From a virus: a stretch of DNA of 64,000 nt. Within the stretch, counting starts at the first letter, position 1; the number at the start of each line of letters is the position of its first letter. Position numbers and translations under genes: made by a program. Below are positions 1 through 9,548 of the stretch, in pieces. Under the pieces are notes generated by a model. The model was not told the origin of the DNA. It ran no database searches and worked only from the letters and a program-made list of their open reading frames with translations. The stretch lies in UHGV virus genome UHGV-0087418; one strand, 5' to 3'.

Positions 1-730
1 CACGAGTACGTGGCATTTTAACTACTTTACCAGGACTGTTATCAAAAGTATTTGAATGGCAGTCAAAGTAATTACTGCGAACTACTTTCCAAGCATAGAA
101 GTAGCCGTCTTCCGTAATTTCAATATCGTTTGCTACCAAGAAATCAAAGAGTCGAGATACCGCCTTTTGGCTCGGGTTTTCTAACAGATTTTCCAAGAAC
201 GGAAAATAAAATTCAAAGTTTTCGCCTTTTTCCATCGAATCGAGAATACGATCAACTAAACCAGATCGCAATTCAATATTTTGATAGAACAAGCTTCCAC
301 CTTCAATTCGAACATCACCGGAAATATATTTTTCAACAGCGCGACGAACGTTAATTTTTTGTGCCGCTTCTTCCAATTTATCTGCAACAAGCAGATTAAG
401 AATTTCCTGGAAGTTTGAATGAGTATTAGGAGTTGCGTTATAAGTTACACCATCAACAGTAATTGAAATGAATTTTTTAGATGCATTCCAAATAATGTCA
501 GATTTAGCAACTGGAGCAATAGCTGTATCGCTATTAACTTTAACAGTAATGTCACCGCTAATAGTAACTTTGGAGCGCTCAGCTTCTTCAGCATTTTTCA
601 AAACACGACGGATTGTGTCAACCGATACACCTTGCCAATCAGCCAATTCCTGTTGGGTGTAATTACCACTTGAATACAGTTTGACAATTTCAGCTTGTTC
701 GTTTTTGGTCAGGCATTTAATATTGTACAT
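1..730 (-). CDS. rIIB: rIIB protein, 5' portion (ORF runs off the window start)
   Basis: Minus-strand ORF with ATG at 728-730 (MYNIKCLTKNEQAEIVKLYSSGNYTQQELADWQ...), open to position 1; recognised as T-even rIIB and lies directly upstream of rIIA. Confidence 0.85.
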   Translation of the reverse strand, partial: MYNIKCLTKNEQAEIVKLYSSGNYTQQELADWQGVSVDTIRRVLKNAEEAERSKVTISGDITVKVNSDTAIAPVAKSDIIWNASKKFISITVDGVTYNATPNTHSNFQEILNLLVADKLEEAAQKINVRRAVEKYISGDVRIEGGSLFYQNIELRSGLVDRILDSMEKGENFEFYFPFLENLLENPSQKAVSRLFDFLVANDIEITEDGYFYAWKVVRSNYFDCHSNTFDNSPGKVVKMPRTR

Positions 731-741
731 AATTTTCCTTA

Positions 742-2919
742 TTAGGCCGCAAGGGCCTTCATAGTTTTAGCGATTTGGGAAACTTCATCATCACTTAAAG
801 AGTTGCGATAACCGATGAAGTCGGAAACAATACGGAATTTCTTGGTAAACTCAGCAACCATTTTATCACTGTTTTTTGAAGCATTATTTGATAATACATC
901 AAAAAGATTAGTTACTGTCCAGATGTCATGACCGATGGTATCTTTTCCACCGTTGAAATATACACCCTGTAATGAACTAACCATATTAGCGAGTCGTGTA
1001 TATTCTTCAGAAACTTCATCTACACTGAAGTACTTCATCATAAAATCTAACTCAGGATACTTGATAATTTTATCAATATATCGTTTAGCTGAACTTGAAT
1101 AACCTACATACTTATCATAATCTACATCATCAAAAGCATCTACATATAAATCACGCAGAGTTTCAAAAATACATTGGCACTGACCAAGTTCTTTTACCTT
1201 TTTCTGCAAAAGCGGACGAATAACATAAAATTCATTAATGCCAATAAGATTAGCCATACGAGTCAAAATACTCGTAGATGGATGACAAAGCGATGTAGTA
1301 CCATCCATAGAGAAAATATCAGAACGATGCATATATGCTACATAGCCAGTAATTTCATCTGCTTCTGATGTGAGTGTAAACAGTTCCTCTTTTTCCCAGC
1401 GTCCGTCTTTAATTTCAAACTTAAACGCAGTAGCAGCTTTAGGACGAGGAGCTTTACTTTTTACTGCCTTTGGAATATAACTTTTAACTAAAGCTTCAAT
1501 TTCTGACAAATAATGAATGTTAACTTCATCACTTTCAAACATTGCCATAATATCAGGGAGTAAATCAATCTGCGATTCTACTTCCGGATTAATAAACAGA
1601 AGACGCTCATTATGATGAATATTTAAGGTGTTATTAAATTCACTATCATCTAACGCATGCGCTAATCCACGGACAATATTAACACGATTTTTAATATTAT
1701 CAATAACAATATTAATTTTTGTTGTATTAATACCAAATAGACGATAACTTGATGCAACGGCTGAAGTTTCATGACTTTGCTTAATGCGTTTCAGTCGAGG
1801 GTCAAGATTTACTTCATACACAACTCCTGCATTGCATAACTTACTGTCAGGTTCAAACATGCTTTGCATCTTCTTATATGAAAGATTTTTAGTCGTAAAT
1901 TTGACTGAATTACTAATCATATAATCTCGAGCAGAATATCCCATCTTCATCAATTCACGGTATGTATGACGAGGAGATGTAGATTCTTTAAATCGTTTTA
2001 CATCTTCATTGAATGCCTTCTCACTAAGCTCTTTAACACGCTCAATAATATTTTTACGAGTACGATCATCCAGTGAAAGAGCCTCACGCGATGGAGCAAT
2101 ATCAAGTGAACCCATTGGAAACTTAATGTAATTCACTTCATTGCGGATGCTTAACCAGTTACGGTCTCTAATAACACCATCGATAGGATAAACAATACCA
2201 CCATAGATAGCATACAATCCACCACGATCTGGCCAGTATCTTTCTGGATTTACGCCGTAATAGTCATCAAAATCCGGAAAATAATCAATTTCGCGGTCAA
2301 GACCATTAATGATAGCCAAATCTTTGAATGGTCGCATGATATAAGAAACTTCATAAGCAAAGTTTCTAAAGTCTTTTTCTTCAACTGGAACTACGATTTC
2401 AATACCAGTTTTATCATCTGGACCCATTTCTTTTACAAACGTAGGTTTAATCTGCGGACCGTCACCATCCATGTAAGCTACATAACCACGAATTTCACCT
2501 TTATGGTACGAAGTAATACTAAACGTATCAGTATAGCTAAACGGAGATTTAGAACCTAAACCAAATCCACCAATGAAATCGTTAGATTCGGCTTTAGATG
2601 AACTAAAGTATGAATTATACAACCCAGGAGAATTATCATCACCCTGAATATCAAAATCGCTCATACCCGGACCAAAATCTCGACAAACAAATCGCGGATC
2701 TAATCGTCCTGGAACTTGAATGATAAATTTTTCAGGATTTCCATTGAGAGCATGGGCATCAATCATGTTGGTAATCAATTCACGGACTACTGCGCGAATC
2801 TTGTTTGTATACAAATCAGATGACAGAATTTTGAATACTTTAGGAGATGCTGTGATGCTAAATGCTTTTGATTTAGAACCATTACCAAGAATTGTTTCTT
2901 TTTCAGTGGTGATAATCAT
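742..2919 (-). CDS. rIIA: rIIA protein
   Basis: 725-aa ORF, the length of T4 rIIA; N-terminal GHKL/HATPase-like motif [14 protein letters not shown]; rIIB-rIIA synteny. Confidence 0.9.
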   Translation of the reverse strand: MIITTEKETILGNGSKSKAFSITASPKVFKILSSDLYTNKIRAVVRELITNMIDAHALNGNPEKFIIQVPGRLDPRFVCRDFGPGMSDFDIQGDDNSPGLYNSYFSSSKAESNDFIGGFGLGSKSPFSYTDTFSITSYHKGEIRGYVAYMDGDGPQIKPTFVKEMGPDDKTGIEIVVPVEEKDFRNFAYEVSYIMRPFKDLAIINGLDREIDYFPDFDDYYGVNPERYWPDRGGLYAIYGGIVYPIDGVIRDRNWLSIRNEVNYIKFPMGSLDIAPSREALSLDDRTRKNIIERVKELSEKAFNEDVKRFKESTSPRHTYRELMKMGYSARDYMISNSVKFTTKNLSYKKMQSMFEPDSKLCNAGVVYEVNLDPRLKRIKQSHETSAVASSYRLFGINTTKINIVIDNIKNRVNIVRGLAHALDDSEFNNTLNIHHNERLLFINPEVESQIDLLPDIMAMFESDEVNIHYLSEIEALVKSYIPKAVKSKAPRPKAATAFKFEIKDGRWEKEELFTLTSEADEITGYVAYMHRSDIFSMDGTTSLCHPSTSILTRMANLIGINEFYVIRPLLQKKVKELGQCQCIFETLRDLYVDAFDDVDYDKYVGYSSSAKRYIDKIIKYPELDFMMKYFSVDEVSEEYTRLANMVSSLQGVYFNGGKDTIGHDIWTVTNLFDVLSNNASKNSDKMVAEFTKKFRIVSDFIGYRNSLSDDEVSQIAKTMKALAA

Positions 2920-2929
2920 AATTTCCTCA

Positions 2930-3133
2930 TTAATTCATATTGCGTTTAATAACTTCAGCAACTTCTAGTAGTTCATCTTTAGTTGCGGTGTCGGATTGAA
3001 TTTTATCTCTAATATCCTTAAAGCGGTTTTTAAACTCTTCAGCTTCTCCCATATCGAAAAAGCGTTGAATGATTCTATATTCTCGATGAACTGCTTTATC
3101 AAAAAGTTCTAAATTTACTCTATATGATTTCAT
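2930..3133 (-). CDS. hypothetical protein (rIIA.1-like position)
   Basis: 67-aa ORF between the topoisomerase gene and rIIA; early promoter immediately upstream. Confidence 0.45.
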   Translation of the reverse strand: MKSYRVNLELFDKAVHREYRIIQRFFDMGEAEEFKNRFKDIRDKIQSDTATKDELLEVAEVIKRNMN

Positions 3134-3158
3134 TTCAATATCCTCATTTGCCCAATTA

Positions 3159-3188
3159 ATTATACCACATCCTTGTGGTAAAGTAAAC
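3159..3188 (-). promoter_or_regulatory. T4-type early promoter (GTTTAC -35, GTATAAT -10 read on minus strand)
   Basis: Plus-strand 'gtaaac' at 3183-3188 and 'attata' at 3159-3164, about 18 nt apart; upstream of rIIA.1/rIIA. Confidence 0.5.
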
Positions 3189-5008
3189 TACTGGCTCATC
3201 CATTCTTTACGAAGGTCAGCATTATCTCCCATGAGCATTTCAAAAAGCTCTTTCCAGTTCTCAGGAAGTTTAACAACATCATATACTGGGTTTTGAATCA
3301 TCTCACGATATTCAGATTTTTCCAAAGAGCCAAGTCCCTTAATATAACGGATGCTATGTTTAGGTAGAGCATCTTTGGCACTCTCATATTCAGCGACTGT
3401 ATAAAACCATTCTTGTTTTTTACCGACCTGAGCGATGATTACAGGAGTTTTGACGAAACGAATTCTTCCTTGTTCAAACAGTTCTGGCCAATTACTAAAA
3501 AATCCGAGCAGAGAAGGATAAATGCTTCCTAGACCATCATGGTCGGCATCGGTCATAATTGCAATATTATGATAATTCAAGTTTTCGGCTTTTTCACCAA
3601 GAACTAATCCAGTGATTGCGCAAATATCAAATAGTTCTTTGTTTTTAAGCATATCAGCATATGACATACCCCAGCTGTTAAGAACTTTACCGCGTAATGG
3701 ATAACCACCATGAAGTTCTTTATCACGAACATCAATAAGATATCCGATAGCCGAATCACCCTCAGTCAAGAAAAGAGTAGTGTCAGCATCTTTACCACAA
3801 AGATTCGCTTTAATATGTTTATGAACCTTAGCTTTAGAAGCCTTTTTAGCTGCTTTAGTTTCTGCTGCCTTTTCTGCCGCCAATTTACGAGCCAAGGCAG
3901 CTTCAATAATTGGCATTAAAATTGCTTCATTATTTAAAATAGCGCGTGAAATCTTTTTAGCATCAAGCTGAATATGACTACGAATTTCACCAAATGGAGA
4001 AGTCAAACGCTCTTTAGTTTGAGAATCAAATCGCATGTTTTTCATATCACGAACAAACATAACGATAGTCAAACATTCTTTAACACGTGCTTTAGTTACA
4101 TCAATTTTGAACTTGCGTTTGATTTGTGGAATAAGGTCTTCACAAATATCATCCATAACGCAGTCAATGTGATGGCCACCATTCTTAGTATGAATGTTAT
4201 TGACGTATGTTAATTGACGAAAACCATCCGGTGAACGACCAACCGCAATAGAACAATTTTCTTGTTCTTGAACAATAGCATGCTCATCATATTGGCGTGC
4301 ATATTTCTTAAAATTGCCCTGAACCTTTTTACCATTAAAGGTAAATTGAATATCAGGATAAACTACTGCAAGTGTCTGGAGACGATCCAGTGTAATGTCA
4401 AGATAAACTTGAGATAGCTCATTAGTTTCAAATGACATAAAATCAGGAATGAAAGTAACACGTGTTCCTTTCCATTTTCCAGGAATATCTTCCCATGATT
4501 TATTTTCCATGCCATTTGAACAACGAACTACAATATTATTTTGACCGTCGCCAGTTTCACCGACAAACATCACAGAAAAAATGTTAGTTAAACTAGAACC
4601 AACACCGTTCATACCGCCAGTGACGCGTTCTTTGTCATCACCAAAGTTACCACCTGCTTTTGGAATAGTCCAGGCAGCAACAGGACCAGGAATTTCTTCA
4701 CCAGTAGGTGTTTTAACCATCGCTTGTGGAATACCACGACCGTTATCTTCAACTGTTACTTGATTGTTTTTAATAGTAACATTAATTTTATTTGCGAATT
4801 TAAACTTAGTACGAATACCTTCATCTACCGAGTTATCGATAATTTCATCAATAAGCTTAACAAGACCAGGTACATACTGAACACTTTCCCATTTACCAAA
4901 CAGAAAGCGCTCATGCATTTCATTAGCGGAAGAGCCAATGTACATGCCGCTACGCTTTTTGATATGTTCAATATCGCTCAGAATTTTAATTTCATTCTTA
5001 ATCATCAC
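3188..5008 (-). CDS. 39: DNA topoisomerase II large subunit, fused 39+60 type (GyrB-like ATPase)
   Basis: 606-aa ORF with GHKL ATPase and TOPRIM-like motifs; length matches the fused form found in T-even phages other than T4; no separate gene 60 or bypass segment seen. Confidence 0.9.
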   Translation of the reverse strand: MMIKNEIKILSDIEHIKKRSGMYIGSSANEMHERFLFGKWESVQYVPGLVKLIDEIIDNSVDEGIRTKFKFANKINVTIKNNQVTVEDNGRGIPQAMVKTPTGEEIPGPVAAWTIPKAGGNFGDDKERVTGGMNGVGSSLTNIFSVMFVGETGDGQNNIVVRCSNGMENKSWEDIPGKWKGTRVTFIPDFMSFETNELSQVYLDITLDRLQTLAVVYPDIQFTFNGKKVQGNFKKYARQYDEHAIVQEQENCSIAVGRSPDGFRQLTYVNNIHTKNGGHHIDCVMDDICEDLIPQIKRKFKIDVTKARVKECLTIVMFVRDMKNMRFDSQTKERLTSPFGEIRSHIQLDAKKISRAILNNEAILMPIIEAALARKLAAEKAAETKAAKKASKAKVHKHIKANLCGKDADTTLFLTEGDSAIGYLIDVRDKELHGGYPLRGKVLNSWGMSYADMLKNKELFDICAITGLVLGEKAENLNYHNIAIMTDADHDGLGSIYPSLLGFFSNWPELFEQGRIRFVKTPVIIAQVGKKQEWFYTVAEYESAKDALPKHSIRYIKGLGSLEKSEYREMIQNPVYDVVKLPENWKELFEMLMGDNADLRKEWMSQ

Positions 5009-5059
5009 TTATCCTCGTTTGGTTTCGGGAATATTATACTCCGGTAATCATAAAGCTAA

Positions 5060-5073
5060 AGGCCCGAAGGCCT
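5060..5073 (-). terminator. Stem-loop with CGAA/UUCG tetraloop, probable intrinsic terminator
   Basis: aggcc-cgaa-ggcct hairpin flanked by T/A runs, just downstream of the lipoprotein gene. Confidence 0.45.
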
Positions 5074-5074
5074 T

Positions 5075-5344
5075 TTATTTAAAACGGATAGTCGAATCCT
5101 TGAAGAATAGACCAGAACACACGGTTCCTTCTACTTTCTGCCCAGTAGGTCCAATAGCACGAAATCCAGTATGTTGGAAATCATTTTCAGAGCAACCGAA
5201 CCAGTTGTATCCAGTGATTTCAATATTAGTAAAACCACTTGAAGACAAAACTTTGGTTGCATTATCAGCATCAGTACATCCTGCTAAAGACACTGCTAAT
5301 ACTAATGCTGCGATAGAACGATTAATATATTTCATAGTTTTCAC
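5075..5344 (-). CDS. putative lipoprotein
   Basis: 89 aa; N-terminal signal peptide with lipobox LAGC. Confidence 0.5.
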   Translation of the reverse strand: MKTMKYINRSIAALVLAVSLAGCTDADNATKVLSSSGFTNIEITGYNWFGCSENDFQHTGFRAIGPTGQKVEGTVCSGLFFKDSTIRFK

Positions 5345-5712
5345 TTAAATTTAATGGCTTGAAGGAGACTAATAATTCTCAAGCGACTTCTTTCATCTTT
5401 AACTGTAAAAGAAAGAGGGTCACCAGATTTCATAGTGATAGTACATTCAAAATCAAAACCTTCGGGAACTTCTTCGAATAGGTGAAATTCGTAGTCATAA
5501 ATTAGAACATTACTCTGAAAACTGTGAAGAATTTTTCCGTCATTTCCAGATGCTGTACTAATCATTGTAACATTATTACCTTTCATATCTTCAACGATAA
5601 ATTCGCTTGTAGATATTACGGCATTAATAGAACCATTCCTATAAATAGCAGAAAATAGATATTTCTTTTCTTCACCTTCGCGAATGCGATATTTCTTACC
5701 AATTTTAAACAT
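5341..5712 (-). CDS. hypothetical protein
   Basis: 123-aa ORF, ATGA overlap with downstream gene. Confidence 0.45.
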   Translation of the reverse strand: MFKIGKKYRIREGEEKKYLFSAIYRNGSINAVISTSEFIVEDMKGNNVTMISTASGNDGKILHSFQSNVLIYDYEFHLFEEVPEGFDFECTITMKSGDPLSFTVKDERSRLRIISLLQAIKFK

Positions 5713-5714
5713 AA

Positions 5715-5891
5715 TTACCCTTTAAGTAAGTCGTAAAAACCACCATTCACATGCTTAGGAGCGGAAACTAACCGAATAGCAACCCGATGACAATCAGGAC
5801 ATACATCAGTATCCCTTTCAGAAATTTTCTTGATTTTTTCGTATTCTTTTTCGCAGTCTTTGGATTGACATTTATAATCATAAAGCGGCAT
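5715..5891 (-). CDS. small zinc-ribbon protein (about 58 aa)
   Basis: Hand-translated MPLYDYKCQSKDCEKEYEKIKKISERDTDVCPDCHRV...; two CxxC pairs; below the 60-aa cutoff of the ORF track. Confidence 0.35.
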   Translation of the reverse strand: MPLYDYKCQSKDCEKEYEKIKKISERDTDVCPDCHRVAIRLVSAPKHVNGGFYDLLKG

Positions 5892-5893
5892 AA

Positions 5894-6307
5894 TTATTCC
5901 TTAAAGTGAGCTTTCAACATCTGATACAAAGACCATGCCTGTACATTATTTTCAATAGTAATGTTCATAACCGGGAATTCAGATGGATCAGTTATTGTTG
6001 CAGATTCTTCCTGTTCTTCAGCTGCCTGGTATGGATTTTCAACTTCATTAAAGAATTCAGCTTCATTCGATGAAAGCCAAATAAAATCTTCATCCAAAAT
6101 ATCTTTACCAGAAGATAGTACTAAATTTCCAGCAAATGACATAATTTTAATAGGACGCCCAAGAGCATCCACATCTAAAATTTTAAAAGGATGCATACCT
6201 AAACGGCGTGCATAGATTCCGTTATCAGTATGGTCTTTAATAAAATTTTCTTGAGCTTGTTTATTTTTAAATTGATACCATTTATTAACTTCAAATTTAA
6301 TAGCCAT
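5894..6307 (-). CDS. hypothetical protein
   Basis: 137-aa ORF in the minus-strand gene array. Confidence 0.45.
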   Translation of the reverse strand: MAIKFEVNKWYQFKNKQAQENFIKDHTDNGIYARRLGMHPFKILDVDALGRPIKIMSFAGNLVLSSGKDILDEDFIWLSSNEAEFFNEVENPYQAAEEQEESATITDPSEFPVMNITIENNVQAWSLYQMLKAHFKE

Positions 6308-6522
6308 TAATAAATTTCCTTCCAGTAAGTTGTACCGTCTTCAGTGATTTCACGAAATACACCGTAAATTGGTTGTTTATCCCCAACCTTTTCATACACA
6401 TAAACCGAAGTCAAGTGAGTAAACTTAGCAGTGTGTTCCTTTTGAACTACTACCAAATCTGGATCGAATAACACATCTTCAAATTCGTCATTAGTGCAGT
6501 TCTGAACAATTTTACGTTTCAT
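6307..6522 (-). CDS. hypothetical protein
   Basis: 71-aa ORF, start/stop overlap with neighbour. Confidence 0.4.
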   Translation of the reverse strand: MKRKIVQNCTNDEFEDVLFDPDLVVVQKEHTAKFTHLTSVYVYEKVGDKQPIYGVFREITEDGTTYWKEIY

Positions 6523-6625
6523 TACAATTTCCTCGTTAATTGAACATTGGAGCGATGCGTTTCAGAAGAGTAGCAGCACCTTTGGCAAATTTTCCATTTT
6601 ATTCTCCAAGTTATTTTCTGTATCA

Positions 6626-6662
6626 GTAGTTGATATTGATATAGTACCATAATCAACTACTG
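6626..6662 (-). promoter_or_regulatory. Perfect 11-bp inverted repeat (cagtagttgat / atcaactactg) enclosing a -10-like element; promoter-plus-stem-loop cassette
   Basis: Inverted repeat read directly; the loop contains tatagtacc, which is related to the repeated promoter cassettes at 25562-25596 and 53960-53994. Confidence 0.4.
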
Positions 6663-6693
6663 ATGTATATAGTTTTATGAAAAAATTTAAACT

Positions 6694-7191
6694 TTATGCA
6701 TAGCGAGCTTTGCTATAGTGTTTAATCCAACTTTCAGGAATGACTTTGTATGTTCCTAAAAATACCGCATTGTACAACTTAACGCCATCTTCTACCCATT
6801 GATCGGTAATGTATGCACACATAGCGCGAGTACGATGTTTTTGAACAACCCCTTCTTCGTCTTCGGTAAATTCAAATTCATAAGGAGCGACGAACTTAAT
6901 AGCTTGACCGAGTTTCCACTTAAAGTCTACACCTACATGCGAAGTATCAATCGTTTCAATTCCTTTAGCAGGAACAGCTTTCAAAAACGCAGACTCAAGA
7001 AATTTCGCACGAACATAGCCAAACTGGGGTTTAGACTTTCCATCTTTAGGAATGATACGCACTTTTACTTCAGAATCTTCATCTTTAACACCGTGTTTAA
7101 GCTGAATGCTTACAATTTCAACCAATTTTCCTGCTGCTTTAGAACGGGATTTATCAGATACACGAGCAATTTCACCAATATTAATAATCAT
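6694..7191 (-). CDS. hypothetical protein, paralogue of the next gene (MotB-like position)
   Basis: 165 aa; shares the C-terminal motif C.Y[IV]TDQW[IV]EDGV.L.N.V with ORF 7268-7807. Confidence 0.45.
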   Translation of the reverse strand: MIINIGEIARVSDKSRSKAAGKLVEIVSIQLKHGVKDEDSEVKVRIIPKDGKSKPQFGYVRAKFLESAFLKAVPAKGIETIDTSHVGVDFKWKLGQAIKFVAPYEFEFTEDEEGVVQKHRTRAMCAYITDQWVEDGVKLYNAVFLGTYKVIPESWIKHYSKARYA

Positions 7192-7267
7192 AGTTATCTC
7201 TCACTTGTTAAAAAGATTTTATACTCCACAGGACCATTATACTCTGGTCCCAAGAGTTTGTAAACTA

Positions 7268-7807
7268 TTAATTCAAAATAGCTACCACTGCACTACGAGG
7301 TACTACGCTAAAATCACCTGCATGAACAACGTTCAGGAGTTCAACGCCATCTTCAATCCACTGGTCTGTTACCCAACCACAGACCGAAATAAATGGAGTC
7401 TTGATAGCTACTGCACGAGTCAAAAGGTCAGTAGGATCAACTTCTTTGAAGAGGATAATCTCTGCTTCAAAGACTATAGTTTTAATTACTTCATCATTAT
7501 CTAAGCGTTGTGCTCGAATCACGTAAGCTTTATTCTTATCATACCAATTACTTTTTGAAAAACTTTTAACCACAAACTCGCCTTCACCAAAAACACTAGT
7601 CAATGCTTTATAACCCAAATCTAGTTCAGTAGTTTTAATTTCAGTTTCAACCAGTTTGTAGATTTTGCCGATTTCAATAGCGGTAGTCATAGTAGGTTCC
7701 TTAATTTCCAGTGGTTTAACAGGGCATACATAAGTGCTTACAACATCAAAATCAATCAATTTGGCTGCCGGATTTGGTGTGTATTCAGGATTATAATTAA
7801 ATTTCAT
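7268..7807 (-). CDS. hypothetical protein, paralogue of the previous gene
   Basis: 179 aa; C-terminal CGWVTDQWIEDGVELLNVVHAG similar to ORF 6694-7191. Confidence 0.45.
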   Translation of the reverse strand: MKFNYNPEYTPNPAAKLIDFDVVSTYVCPVKPLEIKEPTMTTAIEIGKIYKLVETEIKTTELDLGYKALTSVFGEGEFVVKSFSKSNWYDKNKAYVIRAQRLDNDEVIKTIVFEAEIILFKEVDPTDLLTRAVAIKTPFISVCGWVTDQWIEDGVELLNVVHAGDFSVVPRSAVVAILN

Positions 7808-7809
7808 AA

Positions 7810-8310
7810 TTATCTCATTTCAATAAAATCTATAAGTTCAGCATGGGATTTACGGAACATTACTTGATGTCCGCCAATGATAACTTGGTCATCTGGCACT
7901 TCGTATACAGCAAGATAAAATCCTTTAGAAGATAATTCTTCACGCTCTTCTCGTGTGAACCATCTCATCATATCATATTCACTAGCGAAAGCAAAATGAT
8001 AAAGAGCTATAAACCATCCTGGAATATGATATTCTACTCCAACATAATCTTTCTTGAACTTAGTATTAATTACTATATTAGCGTTTTTAACTAATAGTTT
8101 ATCTTCATGTGGTACAGGAATTCTTTTATTATCATCGCTATGATGCATAAAATTAGGTCTACTATAACCTACACGTAATAGCCACTCTTCGCTCCATGAA
8201 TCTATTATACTCCTGTACGGCGTTATTTGAACACAAAGATTTCGACGTATTGTTATAGCATCTTCATAATCAAGAATACTAAACGATGATTCAACACGAT
8301 AAATTTTCAT
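7810..8310 (-). CDS. hypothetical protein
   Basis: ORF-track start at 8349 lies upstream of the promoter -10; likely start is the ATG at 8308-8310 (MKIYRV...) with a GAGGA ribosome-binding site. Confidence 0.45.
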   Translation of the reverse strand: MKIYRVESSFSILDYEDAITIRRNLCVQITPYRSIIDSWSEEWLLRVGYSRPNFMHHSDDNKRIPVPHEDKLLVKNANIVINTKFKKDYVGVEYHIPGWFIALYHFAFASEYDMMRWFTREEREELSSKGFYLAVYEVPDDQVIIGGHQVMFRKSHAELIDFIEMR

Positions 8311-8336
8311 TTTATTATCCTCAGTAGCTATGGTGT

Positions 8337-8367
8337 TATAATACCACAACTAACCGAGGAAGTAAAC
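8337..8367 (-). promoter_or_regulatory. T4-type early promoter
   Basis: Plus 'gtaaac' at 8362-8367 and 'ataata' at 8337-8342 (GTTTAC-N17-TATTAT on minus strand). Confidence 0.45.
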
Positions 8368-8373
8368 AACTTT

Positions 8374-9057
8374 TTATCGTTTTGTTGGAAGAGACAGAGG
8401 ATCGCACTCTTCCTCTGACGGAGCATCTTCAAGACCCATAGCATATCGCAAAGCATACTTCATCATCAGGATGTCTTTCGCACAATCATGAATAGAATCA
8501 TGCGCAACGAATCCGTCTAAAGTTCCCTTTGGAAGAGGACATGTGGTCATATCACGAACAAGCAGAAGTGCTTCAATTCTGGTACGAATATCACGCTGAT
8601 TCCAGAATTTACATGGTTCTAACTTAAATGTATCAAGCTCATTCTCAGAAACGCCGTTAAAACGTTGAATATCGCGAATGAGATCAACTAAAATTGGAAA
8701 ATCAAACGACATTCCACGGCACCAGCCTTGAGATTTCCAAGGATCGATGTTATGTGCATTGATATAATCATTAAATTTTACAATACCATCGATGGTGCTT
8801 ACATCTTCATCTGATGGTGCAATATTTTTTCGAGCTTCAGGAGACTGATTTTTCCACCATTCGATAGTGCTTTTAGTAAAAAGACGATGTCCTTTTTGAC
8901 TTTTTAAATCAAATTTGATTTTAATGCCGCGCGAAACTAATTCATCAAATGTTTCAACTACTTCTGGGTTAGGATCAAAGGCAATAACAGCTAAGTCAAT
9001 AACAGCTGCTTTTTCACCGCTTCCCATTGTTTCAAAATCTATAATAAAATCAAACAT
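8374..9057 (-). CDS. dexA: exonuclease A (DnaQ-like 3'-5' exonuclease)
   Basis: 227 aa from the internal start MFDFIIDFETMG (DEDD exonuclease motif I); position before dda. Confidence 0.8.
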   Translation of the reverse strand: MFDFIIDFETMGSGEKAAVIDLAVIAFDPNPEVVETFDELVSRGIKIKFDLKSQKGHRLFTKSTIEWWKNQSPEARKNIAPSDEDVSTIDGIVKFNDYINAHNIDPWKSQGWCRGMSFDFPILVDLIRDIQRFNGVSENELDTFKLEPCKFWNQRDIRTRIEALLLVRDMTTCPLPKGTLDGFVAHDSIHDCAKDILMMKYALRYAMGLEDAPSEEECDPLSLPTKR

Positions 9058-9310
9058 TAATAATCGCCTTATAAAGATGGCTAATTTCACCTAAAATATA
9101 ATCACTGATTGTGACAGTTTTCACTCTACCGCAAAAGAATTCTAACGCAGTCAAATCTCGTTCAATTTCTTCCAATTGAAGCATTAACTTACTAGACTCA
9201 ATTTTTACAGTTTCATAATTTTTACTATAAGATATTTCATAAATTTCGCTTACTTTATCTTGAAGAAGATAAAACTGATCTTTAGTTATTTCCACGAATA
9301 GCTTCCTCAA
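9050..9310 (-). CDS. hypothetical protein
   Basis: 86-aa ORF between dexA and dda; start may be internal. Confidence 0.4.
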   Translation of the reverse strand: MRKLFVEITKDQFYLLQDKVSEIYEISYSKNYETVKIESSKLMLQLEEIERDLTALEFFCGRVKTVTISDYILGEISHLYKAIINV

Positions 9311-9542
9311 ATTTAATCAGCAGCTTACAGACACTTTCATCTAGCGTAATTACCGTGTCTGTATTACTATGATATGATTGTTTTTCAATTCGTTTAACTG
9401 CTAGTATAGTATCACTTATAAGATTAAGCTTATAAAGGAGCTCAGCTCCTGTTATCATAACACTGAGGTTATCTTGCTTATCAGTATGCTTCTTTATACC
9501 ATCTATTAGACGATTTAAATATTTTGAATTGATGTTAATCAT
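9282..9542 (-). CDS. hypothetical protein
   Basis: 86-aa ORF between dexA and dda. Confidence 0.4.
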   Translation of the reverse strand: MININSKYLNRLIDGIKKHTDKQDNLSVMITGAELLYKLNLISDTILAVKRIEKQSYHSNTDTVITLDESVCKLLIKFEEAIRGNN

Positions 9543-9548
9543 ATATCC

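Noticed and set aside
130-662. Plus-strand ORFs 130-354 and 468-662 from the ORF track
   Set aside because: They lie antisense inside rIIB with no ribosome-binding site or promoter context; typical spurious antisense ORFs in AT-rich coding DNA. The same applies to most other plus-strand track entries (for example 1174-1368, 3710-3919, 4724-5047, 10257-11153, 26029-27327, 30463-30879, 62567-63067).
3134-3187. Separate gene 60 with a 50-nt translational bypass, and a mobA remnant
   Set aside because: Only 54 bp separate rIIA.1 from the topoisomerase ORF, and the topoisomerase is a continuous 606-aa frame; no hop element is present.
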